In this document: positions 1 through 9,932 of the stretch, piece by piece | How the letters are laid out: the number at the start of each line of letters is the position of its first letter | Position numbering within the stretch: the stretch's first letter is position 1 | DNA from: Trueperaceae bacterium | GTDB taxonomy: Bacteria; Deinococcota; Deinococci; Deinococcales; Trueperaceae | Length of the DNA: 64,000 nucleotides | Assembly (NCBI GenBank): GCA_965214405.1 | Contig: OZ243956.1 | Location: forward strand, 3,392,001 to 3,456,000 | Reading direction: 5' to 3' | Translations under genes and position numbers: made by a program | The notes under the pieces: generated by a model | Seen by the model: only the letters and a program-made list of their open reading frames with translations | Told to the model about the DNA's origin: nothing | The model's database searches: none

Positions 1-929
1 ACGAGGTAGTTGGAAATGAACGTCACCTGGGCGGGCACCATCACACTAAACAGTACCACCACAAACAAAACGCGCCTGCCGGGGAAAACGAGCCGCGCGA
101 GCGCGTAACCCGCCATCGACGCGAAAGCGAGCGCCGCCAGGACGCGGAAAAAGGCAAATAAAAAGGTGTTGAGCGTCCAGCGCCAGAGCAGGCTTTGCTG
201 AGTCGCGGCATCGTAGCTTTCGCGAAACGCGCGCACGTAGTTTTTGAGGCCGAAGCCGAGCGCTCCCGGCGCGACGCTGTCCCACGATGCGACCCGCCCT
301 CGGCGCTCAATACGGTCGGGGGGCAAGGTGGCGGACACCAAAAGGTAGCCGCGCGGCGTTTCTAAGTCCAGGGGGAGCCGCTCGGCGCGGCGTCCGTTGC
401 CCTGGGCGTCGTTATAGGTGACGGTAACGTCATAGGTCACAAAGGCACCCAGCGATTCACTCCCTTCAGGGGCAGATATGCGCGAGACCTCCTCGAGGCC
501 GAGCGTGGCAAAGTCGGCGGCGAAGGAGGTGGTGCGTAAGGACACCAGACGCGAGCCCGGCGCTCGCTTAGGGATGCTCGCCACGGGCGGCGCGGTCTCG
601 CCCCCCGGCACAAAGTAGCGCACGCTAAACCTGACCTCGCCCTCCGGTCCGAAGCCGCCGAGGAGGGTGCTCCCGCCCGCCGCGGCGCCGAGGCGCGCCG
701 CCTTGAGCCAGTTGCTCGGGTTGAGCTGCGCCGCGCCGAGCGAGAGCGGGTCGCCTAAGGGATCGGTCTTTAAGCTCGCAATAAAAGACGCGTAGATAAC
801 GCTCAGCGAGCCCAGCCCGAGCAGGAGGAGCGTGCCGTAGGCCCAGGCGACACGTACCCAGCGCCGCCGCGCGTCCTCTCGCCTTTTGGAACCGTTCGGA
901 AGAGGTTGTCGCGCCCCTGCCCGCGCCAC
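1..929 (-). CDS. Carbohydrate ABC transporter permease (partial, runs off window start)
   Basis: Not in the ORF track. A GTG at 929 directly follows the upstream stop. Manual translation gives MARAGARQPLPNGSKRREDARRRWVRVAWAYGTLLLLGLGSLSVIYASFIASLKTDPL, a TM helix followed by a large soluble insertion. It is the third gene of the sugar ABC operon. Confidence 0.75.
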   Translation of the reverse strand, partial: MARAGARQPLPNGSKRREDARRRWVRVAWAYGTLLLLGLGSLSVIYASFIASLKTDPLGDPLSLGAAQLNPSNWLKAARLGAAAGGSTLLGGFGPEGEVRFSVRYFVPGGETAPPVASIPKRAPGSRLVSLRTTSFAADFATLGLEEVSRISAPEGSESLGAFVTYDVTVTYNDAQGNGRRAERLPLDLETPRGYLLVSATLPPDRIERRGRVASWDSVAPGALGFGLKNYVRAFRESYDAATQQSLLWRWTLNTFLFAFFRVLAALAFASMAGYALARLVFPGRRVLFVVVLFSVMVPAQVTFISNYL

Positions 930-2018
930 CTAGTACCCCCCTTCCTTTAACCCCAAAGAGCGCTGCGCTACCACCACGCCCAAGGTCAGAAGCCCCAGCA
1001 TGAGCGCGGCGGCGGACGCCTCGCCGATGCGACTCACCGAAGCCGAGGGAAAAGCGGCGTCGTAAACGTAGTAGGCGAGGGTGATTTTGGCCTCGAGCGG
1101 CGCCGCGTCGCCGTAAAGAGCCACCTGGTCGAAGAGTTGCAAGGTGCCGATCAGCGAGAGCGTCACCACCAAGAACGATACTGGGCGCAACAAGGGCACG
1201 GTCACCCGGAAAAAGCGCTGGACGCGGTTCGCCCCGTCGATGGCTGCCGCTTCGGTGAGGCTTCTCGGGACGTCTTGCAAGCCCGCCAGGTAGAGCAACA
1301 TGAGCCCTGGGATGGTCGTGTAAATGTTTTGCACCATAATCGCCCAGAGGGGCACGGGCAGCCCCAAAAACTGTCGCCTGGTGTTGAGCCAGACCTGATC
1401 CACCGGCGCAACCTCGCGAAGGGGAAGAACCCCCAATCCCACAAGCGTCCACGTGACGAGAACCGCCGCCAAGAGCGACAACGTCGAGAGCGCGGGGTCG
1501 AAAAGGGAGGCTGAACGACCGCGCACGCGCTCGTACGCGACTTGTAGAGGCTGACACAGCGAAAAAAGGGCCAGAAATCCTAGCACGACCCAGAGGTGAC
1601 GGTTCATATAGCCCAGCGCCTGGTCGACGAAACCGCCGCGCTGCCACAGCCACAAAAAGATAAGGGTCACCGCCGCGCTCGAGAGGATGCTCGGCAGGTA
1701 AAAGAGGGTGCGGAAAAAGCCGATACCGCGTAGCGGCCTATTCAGCAACGTCGCGAGCAGCAGCGCCAGGGAGGTCTGAACCGCCGTGACGATGAGCGAG
1801 TACGCGAGCGTGTTCGTGAGCGCCCGTATGAAAAGAGGGTCTCTAAAGATGCGCGCGTAATTCTTTAACCCTACCCAGGCCGCGTCGTTAAACAGGTTGT
1901 AATCGGTAAACGAGTAGCGCAACGCGTTCAAAAAAGCGTAGACGAAAAAGACGCCCAGCGAGCAAAGAAAGGGTAACAGGAACAAGAATGCGTCGCGGTT
2001 CGTGCGCCACTGTTTCAC
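930..2018 (-). CDS. Carbohydrate ABC transporter permease (MalF/UgpA-like)
   Basis: EAA motif (LTEAAAIDGANRVQRFFRVTVPLL) and multiple TM segments. Start moved to the GTG at 2018, which has GGAG upstream. Confidence 0.9.
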   Translation of the reverse strand: MKQWRTNRDAFLFLLPFLCSLGVFFVYAFLNALRYSFTDYNLFNDAAWVGLKNYARIFRDPLFIRALTNTLAYSLIVTAVQTSLALLLATLLNRPLRGIGFFRTLFYLPSILSSAAVTLIFLWLWQRGGFVDQALGYMNRHLWVVLGFLALFSLCQPLQVAYERVRGRSASLFDPALSTLSLLAAVLVTWTLVGLGVLPLREVAPVDQVWLNTRRQFLGLPVPLWAIMVQNIYTTIPGLMLLYLAGLQDVPRSLTEAAAIDGANRVQRFFRVTVPLLRPVSFLVVTLSLIGTLQLFDQVALYGDAAPLEAKITLAYYVYDAAFPSASVSRIGEASAAALMLGLLTLGVVVAQRSLGLKEGGY

Positions 2019-2062
2019 AAAAACTCCGTTAGCTTGGGGGCGCTTTCGCGCCCCCGGAAAAA

Positions 2063-3280
2063 TCACTCGAGCGCGTCGAACCGCTCCTGCGCTTCGCTTA
2101 GGGCCTCGTCCACGGTGCGCTCGCCGGTCAACACGCCGCTCAGCGCGTCGTTCATGATTTGCGTCCACTCGCTGCCGTAGTTTTGAAACTTGTAGGGCAG
2201 CACGTTACCGTCCGTTGCGCCCTCGAACACGACCCGCTTGATTTCCGCCTCTTGCCCCTCTTGCGTCAGGAAGGGGTTGTCGGCCAGCGCCTCCCGGCTC
2301 GGGATGGCTAGACCTTGCTCCAAAACCCACTGCTGCGCCTCCTCGTTCGTGAGCGCCTCCAAAACCTTTCTGGCGGCGTCTTGGTCTGCGTTCTCATTCA
2401 CGCTCCAGCTCACCGTGAAGATGAGGTTGCCGCGCTCGTTCGTCTCGGGATCCTTGGGTATAAAGGTGGTGCCGTACTCTAAGTTGGGCGCGTTGTCGCG
2501 CAAAAATCCGGCTAGCCAGCTCCCCTCGATGGTCGCCGCGACCCTGTCGGTGGCGAAACAGCCGCCGCCCCAGCCGGGGCTCCCGACCACATCTTGGGTG
2601 ATGCCCGCGCCGTCCGCGACGAGGCCCGTATAGAATTCAAAGGCGCGGCGGAAATTCTCGTCCAGGACGGTGCGGCCCTCTTCGTTAAAGGGCTCCCAGC
2701 CCGTCGCGAAAGCGAACGCGCCGAAGCGGGCCACGTCGGGGATGACGCAGATGCCGTAGGTGTCCTCTAGGTTCGACTGGACCGCCTGCAGTTTCGCCCT
2801 GAAGTCGTCCCAGGTATCGTCAGCGTCGGGATATTCAACCCCGGCCTCGTCAAAAATGTCTTTATTGTACTCGATCGCCAGCGTGTTGAAATCTTTGGGA
2901 AGCCCGTATACGGTCCCGTCTAAGGTAAAGGCCTCGATGAGCGAATCTACAAAAGGTTCGGTGCTCACGCCTTCCAAGGCCGCGACCTCGCCGGTCTCAA
3001 AGATGCCCTCCGACCAAAGGATGTCGACAAAAAAGAGGTCCGCGGCGGTGCCCGCCGAGAGGCCGTTGGTGAGTTGCACCTGAAAGTCGGGGGTGGGCTC
3101 GAACACGGCCACGATATCTTCGGCCTCGAGCATCGGGTTGACGACCTCGTCCAAAAGCCCGGTCATGGTATTCGCGTCGCCGTCAAAGCCTGAAAGGCGC
3201 ACCGTCTGAGGGTCTTGGGCGTATACAAAGGCGCTCAGGGCCAGTAGCGCACCGAGCGCCATCTTTTGCAGAGTAATCAT
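2063..3280 (-). CDS. Sugar ABC transporter substrate-binding protein
   Basis: Signal peptide MITLQKMALGALLALSAFVYAQ, SBP_bac_1-like motif YGLPKDFNTLAIEYNKDIF, and an AGGAGG RBS before ATG 3280. Confidence 0.9.
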   Translation of the reverse strand: MITLQKMALGALLALSAFVYAQDPQTVRLSGFDGDANTMTGLLDEVVNPMLEAEDIVAVFEPTPDFQVQLTNGLSAGTAADLFFVDILWSEGIFETGEVAALEGVSTEPFVDSLIEAFTLDGTVYGLPKDFNTLAIEYNKDIFDEAGVEYPDADDTWDDFRAKLQAVQSNLEDTYGICVIPDVARFGAFAFATGWEPFNEEGRTVLDENFRRAFEFYTGLVADGAGITQDVVGSPGWGGGCFATDRVAATIEGSWLAGFLRDNAPNLEYGTTFIPKDPETNERGNLIFTVSWSVNENADQDAARKVLEALTNEEAQQWVLEQGLAIPSREALADNPFLTQEGQEAEIKRVVFEGATDGNVLPYKFQNYGSEWTQIMNDALSGVLTGERTVDEALSEAQERFDALE

Positions 3281-3396
3281 AATCCTCCTTTGAAAAGTCG
3301 CAAACCAATCTGCTATAGAAACCGAACGGATATTCGATAGACGGTTGGACCACACGCTAAAGCTACTAAGTCAATCTCTTCGGCCACATCACCTCC

Positions 3397-3410
3397 CGGA
3401 AACGCTTTCA
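3397..3410. promoter_or_regulatory. Putative LacI-family operator
   Basis: CGGAAACGCTTTCA (reverse TGAAAGCGTTTCCG) fits the LacI/cre-type TGNAANCGNTTNCA pattern. It lies between the divergent sugar ABC and oxidoreductase genes. Confidence 0.55.
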
Positions 3411-3500
3411 AACTCGTTTCACCATTTTAATGTTATGTTTACAGGAACGTCAATAGCACTAGCATTATTTATTAGCAAAATGAGAAAACGTAGGGAGATA

Positions 3501-4762
3501 ATGAAGGTGAGTCCTAAATTGATTTTATTGGGTGCTGGTAATCGCGGCAGGGTCTACGCGGCGGGTGCGGCGCGGCGCGGCGCACAGGTGGTGGCGCTCG
3601 CCGAACCCAGAGCGGACGCTCGAGCCCTCTTGGCCGCGCAGCACGGGTTGCCCGTGAGCGCCACCTTCTCGAGCTGGCGTGACCTCCTTAACGCCCCTCC
3701 CGCAAGTCTCCCACCCGCCGACGCCGTCATTATCGCAACCCCGGACCGGGAGCACCTCGCCCCGGCGATTGCCTTTGCCAACCGGGGCTACCACCTTCTC
3801 TTAGAAAAGCCCATAGCCCCAACCGAAGCGGCGTGCCGCGCGGTCGTTGAAGCGGTAACGCGTTCAAACGTGATGATGGCCGTGGGGCACGTGCTCAGGT
3901 ACACGCCCTACACGAAAGCTCTAAAGCGGCTGCTGAGCGAGGGAGTTATCGGCGAACTCGTTTCGTTGCAGCATCTAGAACCGGTCGGTTATTGGCATCA
4001 GGCGCACTCCTACGTGCGCGGCAATTGGCGCAGTGCGGAGGGCTCCTCGCCCATGCTCCTAGCTAAATCCTGTCACGACCTCGACTGGATTCGCTTTCTT
4101 ATGGACGAGCCCTGCGTACGAGTTGGCTCGTTTGGTTCTTTAGCGCACTTCCGCAAGGACAAGAAACCTCGAGAGGCGGGAAGCGCCAAGCGCTGTCTGG
4201 ACTGCGCTTTTGAGCCCGACTGCCCGTACTCGGCCAAGCGCTTCTATCTGGGCCTCGTCTCGAAAGGAGAAACGGGAATGCCCCTCAGCGCGGTCGCGCT
4301 CGACACCTCCTATGCGGGCGTCGCGCACGCGCTTCAGACCGGCCCTTACGGGCGCTGCGTATACGAATGTGACAACGACGTGGTGGACCATCAGGTAGTC
4401 AACATGGTTTTCGCAAGCGGCAAAACGGCGTCATTTACCATGACCGCGTTTACGGTGCCGCGCCCGCGCGAGACGCGGCTTTTCGGGACGCGCGGCGAGA
4501 TATACGGCGACGGTCGAGTTTTGAAAATCACCGACTTTCTGACCGAGGAGACGCGGGTCGTAGACACCGCCGCGGGCGTGCCGGATACCCTGCTCGAGGG
4601 CCACGGCGGCGGCGACGACGGGCTTATAGAAGCGTTCGTGCGGGCCGTGGAGGAAAAAAACCCCGCCACCTGCTTTCCGGACCCGAAGAGGCGCTCGAGT
4701 CGCACCTCATGGTTTTCGCGGCGGAGCGGGCGCGTTTAGAGCGCCGCGGGGTCGCGTTGTAG
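3501..4762 (+). CDS. Gfo/Idh/MocA family oxidoreductase with a one-base frameshift near the 3' end
   Basis: GAGNRG Rossmann motif, LLEKP, and KSCHDLD. A family-like C-terminus (LLSGPEEALESHLMVFAAERAR) is in the -1 frame after the A7C4 run at 4654-4664. Confidence 0.85.
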
Positions 4763-4962
4763 CGTGTTAGGCTCTTCTGCTTATCGCTGAAGTGTAAGCT
4801 CGAGCCCCCACTTATGCTAAAATCCCCCCATGAAAGCGTCCTGCTTCAACCCGCATGTCGATTCATGGTTGGCGCGCAGGCGTACGAAGCGAACGTGTTG
4901 CTCACTCGCGCGTTTCTGAACCGTTTCAACCTTTAAAATTCACATTACTAAAGAGGTGAATC

Positions 4963-6948
4963 ATGTTTGTAACCCTTCCCGACGGCAACCGTCTGGACGT
5001 ACCCGACCACGCCACCCCCCAAGACGTGGCCCAGGCCATCGGTCCCGGCTTAGCCAAGGCCGCCTTGGGCGCGGAAGTAAACGGCATTCTCTCGGACCTC
5101 TTCACGGAGGTGCCCGAGGGGGCGCAGATCTCGATTCTCACTAAACGCGACGACGCGGCTCTGCGCCTCATGCGGCACACGCTGGCGCACGTGATGGCGC
5201 AGGCGGTGATTGACTACTTTGTGAGTCAGGGCCACTCGAGAACTGAAATCAAAATGGGCGTCGGCCCGGTGATTGAGAACGGCTTCTACTACGACTTCGA
5301 CGTGCCGCGCCCCCTCACCCCGGAGGATTTGGGGGAGATAGAGGGCCGTATGCGCGAGATTATCAAAGCGAACCTGCCGCTGCGCCGTTTTGAACTCCCG
5401 CGCGAGGAGGCCTTGGCGCGCTACCGCGAGATTGGCGACCCGTACAAGCTCGAGCTTATTAGCGACCTCCCCGCCGAAGTCCCGCTCTCTTTCTACGAGC
5501 AGGGCGGCGATACGGGCTTCACCGACCTCTGCCGCGGCCCGCACGTGCCCCGGACCGGCGACATCCCGCCGCACTTCAAATTAATGAACGTGGCCGGGGC
5601 CTACTGGCGCGGCGACGAGACGCGCCCGATGCTCCAGCGGATTTACGGGGTGGCGTTTCGGACCAAAGAGGAACTCGAGCATTACCTCTGGCAGTTGGAG
5701 GAGGCCAAGAAGAGGGACCACCGCAAGCTGGGTAAAGAACTGGGGCTTTTCACCTTTTCGGAAGACATCGGCTCGGGCATCCCGCTGTTTTTGCCTCGAG
5801 GCGAAATCGTCCGGCACGAGATGGAGCGTTACGTGCGCGAGTTGCAGACCCGCTACGGCTATCAGCACGTCTGGACGGGTCACCTCGTCAAGGAGTCGCT
5901 TTACAAAAAGTCGGGCCACCTGGACAACTACGTCGAGTCGATGTTCCCGCCGATGGACGACGAGGGCGTGCGGATGCGCCTCAAGCCGATGAACTGCCCC
6001 AGCCACATGACGCTCTTTAACGCGCAGCTTCACTCGTACCGCGAGCTGCCCATTCGCTACGCGGAATTCGCCACCCTCTACCGCTATGAGAAGTCGGGCG
6101 AACTCAACGGCCTCACCCGCGTGCGCTCACTTACCCAAGACGACTGCCACATCTTCTGCACCGAAGAGCAAATCGGCGAGGAGTTCGCGCGCGCGCTGCG
6201 CCTCATCCGCGAGGTGCTCGACACCTACCACTTCGGCGAGTACGCGGTGCGCCTGAGCCTGCGCGGCGAGGGCGGCAAGTACGTGGACGATAACGAAAAA
6301 TGGGCCAAGGCGACGCAGGCGCTGCGCGACGCGCTGGACCGCGAGGGCGTGCCCTACACCGAGGCCCTGGGCGAGGCCGCCTTTTACGGACCCAAGGCGG
6401 ACTTTATGGCGAAGGACGTGCTGGGCCGCGAGTGGCAGCTCTCGACCATCCAGGTGGACTTCATCCAGCCCGCCCGCTTGAGCTGCGAGTACGTCGGCGA
6501 GGACGGCGAGCGCCACACCCCGGTGGTGCTCCACCGCGCGGTCACGGGCTCCACAGAACGCTTTATGGGCGTCATCATCGAACACTTCGCGGGCGACTTC
6601 CCCCTCTGGCTCGCCCCCGAACAGGTGCGCGTCGTGCCGATTGCGGACCGTCACATCGGGTATGCGGAAGAAGTCAAGGCGAGGCTCGAGGCCGCCCACC
6701 TCCGCGCCGAAGTTGATACCCGCAGCGAGCGCATGAACGCCAAAATCCGCGACGCCGAACTCTACAAAGTGCCCTATATCGTTGTGGTGGGCGACAAGGA
6801 GGCGGAGGCGGGTAATGTCTCCTTCAGGAGCCGTTTGGAAGAGGACGCGAACGGCGTGCCGGTGGACGCGTTTGTCGCGCATCTGGAAGAAAACGTTGAG
6901 AAGCGGAGGCTCGAGGTTGTGCCGCTCGAGCTACCCGTCAGCGCCTAG
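4963..6948 (+). CDS. thrS: Threonine--tRNA ligase
   Basis: TGS domain, editing motifs HTLAH and DLCRGPH, RDHRKLG, KPMNCP, and a C-terminal anticodon-binding domain. Confidence 0.98.
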   Translation: MFVTLPDGNRLDVPDHATPQDVAQAIGPGLAKAALGAEVNGILSDLFTEVPEGAQISILTKRDDAALRLMRHTLAHVMAQAVIDYFVSQGHSRTEIKMGVGPVIENGFYYDFDVPRPLTPEDLGEIEGRMREIIKANLPLRRFELPREEALARYREIGDPYKLELISDLPAEVPLSFYEQGGDTGFTDLCRGPHVPRTGDIPPHFKLMNVAGAYWRGDETRPMLQRIYGVAFRTKEELEHYLWQLEEAKKRDHRKLGKELGLFTFSEDIGSGIPLFLPRGEIVRHEMERYVRELQTRYGYQHVWTGHLVKESLYKKSGHLDNYVESMFPPMDDEGVRMRLKPMNCPSHMTLFNAQLHSYRELPIRYAEFATLYRYEKSGELNGLTRVRSLTQDDCHIFCTEEQIGEEFARALRLIREVLDTYHFGEYAVRLSLRGEGGKYVDDNEKWAKATQALRDALDREGVPYTEALGEAAFYGPKADFMAKDVLGREWQLSTIQVDFIQPARLSCEYVGEDGERHTPVVLHRAVTGSTERFMGVIIEHFAGDFPLWLAPEQVRVVPIADRHIGYAEEVKARLEAAHLRAEVDTRSERMNAKIRDAELYKVPYIVVVGDKEAEAGNVSFRSRLEEDANGVPVDAFVAHLEENVEKRRLEVVPLELPVSA

Positions 6949-7001
6949 CATCGTTCCTTTGGCGTGTTTCTGAACCTACGGGGCGCGGTTAGAGTCTAAG
7001 G

Positions 7002-8015
7002 ATGCTCACTTGGCAAGTTCTGGGCGCGCCCGAGCGCGATAACGCGCTTTTTGTGCGAATCGACACCGGGCGCTCCCACCACCGCCTCCTCTTCGACTGC
7101 GGCGACGCGCTTTCCGACCTGCCCGCTGCGGAGACGAGGGGGGTTGACCACCTCCTGTTTTCGCACCTGCATCTTGACCACGTAGGCGGCTTCGACAGCT
7201 TTTTCCGCCACACCCACCCCCGCGAGGCCCCGGTTGAGGTCTGGGGACCGCCCGAGACGGTTGAAATCATGAGTCACCGCTTCCGCGGTTTTATGTGGAA
7301 CCTGCAACCCCGGCGCGAGGGGACGTGGTTTGTTCACGACGTGTTTGAAGACCGCGTGGAGAGTGTGCGGTTTGGCTCGAGCAACCGACTCCGGCACCCA
7401 CACCCGGCGGGCGTCCGGCCCTTTGAAGGCGTCCTCATCAACACGCCCGTCTTTTCAATACACGCGTTTCACATGGACCACCTCACGCCGTCGCTGGCGT
7501 ATCTGGTGGAGGAGAAGCCGCGCTTGAACATCAACACGGCGGAACTCGCGGCGCGCGGCCTGCCCAGCGGCCCGTGGTTGCAAAAGCTTAAAGACGAAGC
7601 GTTGGGGGATGAGGTGGGGCTCGAGCTGCAAGGCACCTCTTACAAACTGGGCGACTTGCGGGAGGGGCTGCTCGAGCGCTCTCCGGGCGCGTCGATTGCC
7701 TATCTCACCGATTTTTTGTTGGATGAGGGGGCGATGGAACGGCTTTCTCACGCGTTAAAAGGCTGTACCACCATCGTCTGCGAGGCGCAGTTTCAACACG
7801 CGGACGTAGGGCTCGCTCTCAAAACCCACCACATGACCACCGTGCAGGCCGCGACGCTCGCCGAGCGGGCGGGGGTGGGGGAGCTTGTGCTCATCCACTT
7901 GTCCGAGCGTTACCGGCCTCGAGAGTGGGGGAGAGGGCTAGGGGAGGCTCGAGCGGTTTTCCCGAACACGCACTTCCCGCCGCACTGGCGGATTCCTCTT
8001 CCATCCGGCGCGTAA
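7002..8015 (+). CDS. MBL-fold metallo-hydrolase, RNase Z-like
   Basis: HLHLDH metal motif, LLFDCG, GPWL flexible-arm-like segment, AYLTD, HLSERY. Confidence 0.8.
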   Translation: MLTWQVLGAPERDNALFVRIDTGRSHHRLLFDCGDALSDLPAAETRGVDHLLFSHLHLDHVGGFDSFFRHTHPREAPVEVWGPPETVEIMSHRFRGFMWNLQPRREGTWFVHDVFEDRVESVRFGSSNRLRHPHPAGVRPFEGVLINTPVFSIHAFHMDHLTPSLAYLVEEKPRLNINTAELAARGLPSGPWLQKLKDEALGDEVGLELQGTSYKLGDLREGLLERSPGASIAYLTDFLLDEGAMERLSHALKGCTTIVCEAQFQHADVGLALKTHHMTTVQAATLAERAGVGELVLIHLSERYRPREWGRGLGEARAVFPNTHFPPHWRIPLPSGA

Positions 8016-8138
8016 GCCAATCAATCTCCAATGCGCTCGCCGGACGGCTTGCCAATATCGCCTGCCAGACGGTATAGTTCCCTCACCAAGAAAGTTGTGC
8101 AGCCGCCAGGCTGTCACGGTAGAAATGAGGGGCTGAGC

Positions 8139-9893
8139 ATGGCGAGTGCCAACGTTAGGAGTCTTCCCGCGCTCCTGCAAAAGCGCAGGGACGACCCCAC
8201 CCCCGCCCACCGCGTCAAACGCTTTGGGCTGTGGGCGACGGTCACGTGGGCGGAGCATGTGGGGCGGGTAAACGCGCTCGCGCGTAAGCTGATTGATCTG
8301 GACACCCAACCGGGTGAACGGGTCGCCATCCTCTGTGAAAACCGGCCCGAGTGGCTTGTCTCAGACTTAGCCATCCAGAGCGCTGGGGGCGTGTCGGTGG
8401 GCATCTACACGACGAGCAGCGCGAAGCAGGTGAGGTACGTGCTCGAGCACTCCGGCGCGGTGGGGCTTATCTTGGAGAACGCCGAGCAGATTGAGAAGTG
8501 GCTCGAGATTCGTGACAGCTTGCCCAACGTGCGCTGGGTCATCGCCATCGAACCCGAAGGTTTTGACGAGGTGCTGGCCTGGGACGAGGTGCTGGCGGAG
8601 GCGGAGGGGCTTTACGCGCGTGACCCCGGTCCTGTGGATGAGCGTATCAACACTCTCACACCCGACGACACCGCGCTCCTTATGTACACCTCAGGCACGA
8701 CGGGCCACCCCAAGGGCGTGATGTTGTCGCACAAGAACCTGCTTTGGGCGGTGGACACGCTCACCCAGACGTTCGGTTACGCCAAAGACGACGAGATTAT
8801 TTCCTACCTGCCCCTGTCGCACGTTGTTGAGCGCAGCGGCTCCTACTGTCACCTGGCGGCGGGCTTTCCCATTTCGTTTGTCGAGAACTTAGACACCTTC
8901 GCGCAAGACCTTCAGGAGGTGCGCCCGACGGTGCTGTTTGCCGTGCCGCGCGTGTGGGAAAAGATGCACTCGCTGGTTGAGCTTCACATGCGCGAGGCGC
9001 ATCCCTTCAAGCGCGGCGTTTATAACTGGGCGATGCGGGCGGTGAGGGGGAGTGAAGGAGGGGGTAACGCAGTCGCGGCGCCCCTGGCGAATCTTCTGGT
9101 CATCCACTGGCTCAAGGTCCGGCTGGGCTTAGACCGCGTCCGGCTGGCCGTATCGGGGGCCGCACCCATCTCGCCGCGCATCCTCCTCTACTTTCGCTCG
9201 CTCGGGATTGACGTCCGCGAGGGCTACGGGATGACCGAGAACGTGGCGCTCGCCAGCATCCACCAGGACGCGTTCAAGCTGGGCACCGTCGGCACGCCCT
9301 TTCCGGGAGTTGAAATTCGTATTGCCGAAGACGGCGAAATCTTGACGCGCAGCCCCGGCACTTTCGAGGGTTACTTTAACGACCCCGAGGCCACCGCCGA
9401 GGCGATGGACGGCGACTGGCTCCGCACGGGCGACGTGGGCGAACTCGACGAGGACGGGCACCTGCGTATCACCGACCGTAAGAAAGACATTATCATCACC
9501 GCGGGGGGCAAAAACATCGCGCCGCAAAAGATTGAGAATTTGTTAAAGGCGTCCGTATTCGTCAACGACGCGGTGGTGATTGGCGACGGGCGCAAGTATC
9601 TGGTGGCGCTGCTCGTGCTGGACGAGGACAATATCAGCACCTGGGCTCGAGACCACGGCCTGTCTTACACGACATACAGCGATTTAGCGGGACACGAAGA
9701 GGTGCGGCGGCTTCTGGAGGGTGAGGTGGCCGAAGTCAATAAACAGCTCGCCCGTGTGGAGACGATCAAACGCTTTGCGGTCCTCCCCAAACGCCTCTAT
9801 TACGAAGATGGCGAGGTGACGGCGACGCTGAAGGTGAAGCGCTCGAGCCTCGCCAAAAAATACGCTGACCTTATCGACTCTCTTTATGTGTAG
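8139..9893 (+). CDS. Long-chain fatty acid--CoA ligase (AMP-binding)
   Basis: YTSGTTGHPKG, EGYGMTE, WLRTGD, ITDRKKDIIITAGGKNIAP. Confidence 0.92.
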   Translation: MASANVRSLPALLQKRRDDPTPAHRVKRFGLWATVTWAEHVGRVNALARKLIDLDTQPGERVAILCENRPEWLVSDLAIQSAGGVSVGIYTTSSAKQVRYVLEHSGAVGLILENAEQIEKWLEIRDSLPNVRWVIAIEPEGFDEVLAWDEVLAEAEGLYARDPGPVDERINTLTPDDTALLMYTSGTTGHPKGVMLSHKNLLWAVDTLTQTFGYAKDDEIISYLPLSHVVERSGSYCHLAAGFPISFVENLDTFAQDLQEVRPTVLFAVPRVWEKMHSLVELHMREAHPFKRGVYNWAMRAVRGSEGGGNAVAAPLANLLVIHWLKVRLGLDRVRLAVSGAAPISPRILLYFRSLGIDVREGYGMTENVALASIHQDAFKLGTVGTPFPGVEIRIAEDGEILTRSPGTFEGYFNDPEATAEAMDGDWLRTGDVGELDEDGHLRITDRKKDIIITAGGKNIAPQKIENLLKASVFVNDAVVIGDGRKYLVALLVLDEDNISTWARDHGLSYTTYSDLAGHEEVRRLLEGEVAEVNKQLARVETIKRFAVLPKRLYYEDGEVTATLKVKRSSLAKKYADLIDSLYV

Positions 9894-9910
9894 GTTCTTT
9901 ATGTGTAGGT
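9881..9910. repeat. Perfect 15-bp tandem duplication
   Basis: TCTTTATGTGTAGGT twice, spanning the ligase stop codon. Confidence 0.9.
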
Positions 9911-9932
9911 GCAACGTGAACAGGTCGGAAGA

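Noticed and set aside
4800..4962. T-box riboswitch upstream of thrS
   Set aside because: No GGTGGNACC T-box motif or terminator/antiterminator, and the leader is too short.
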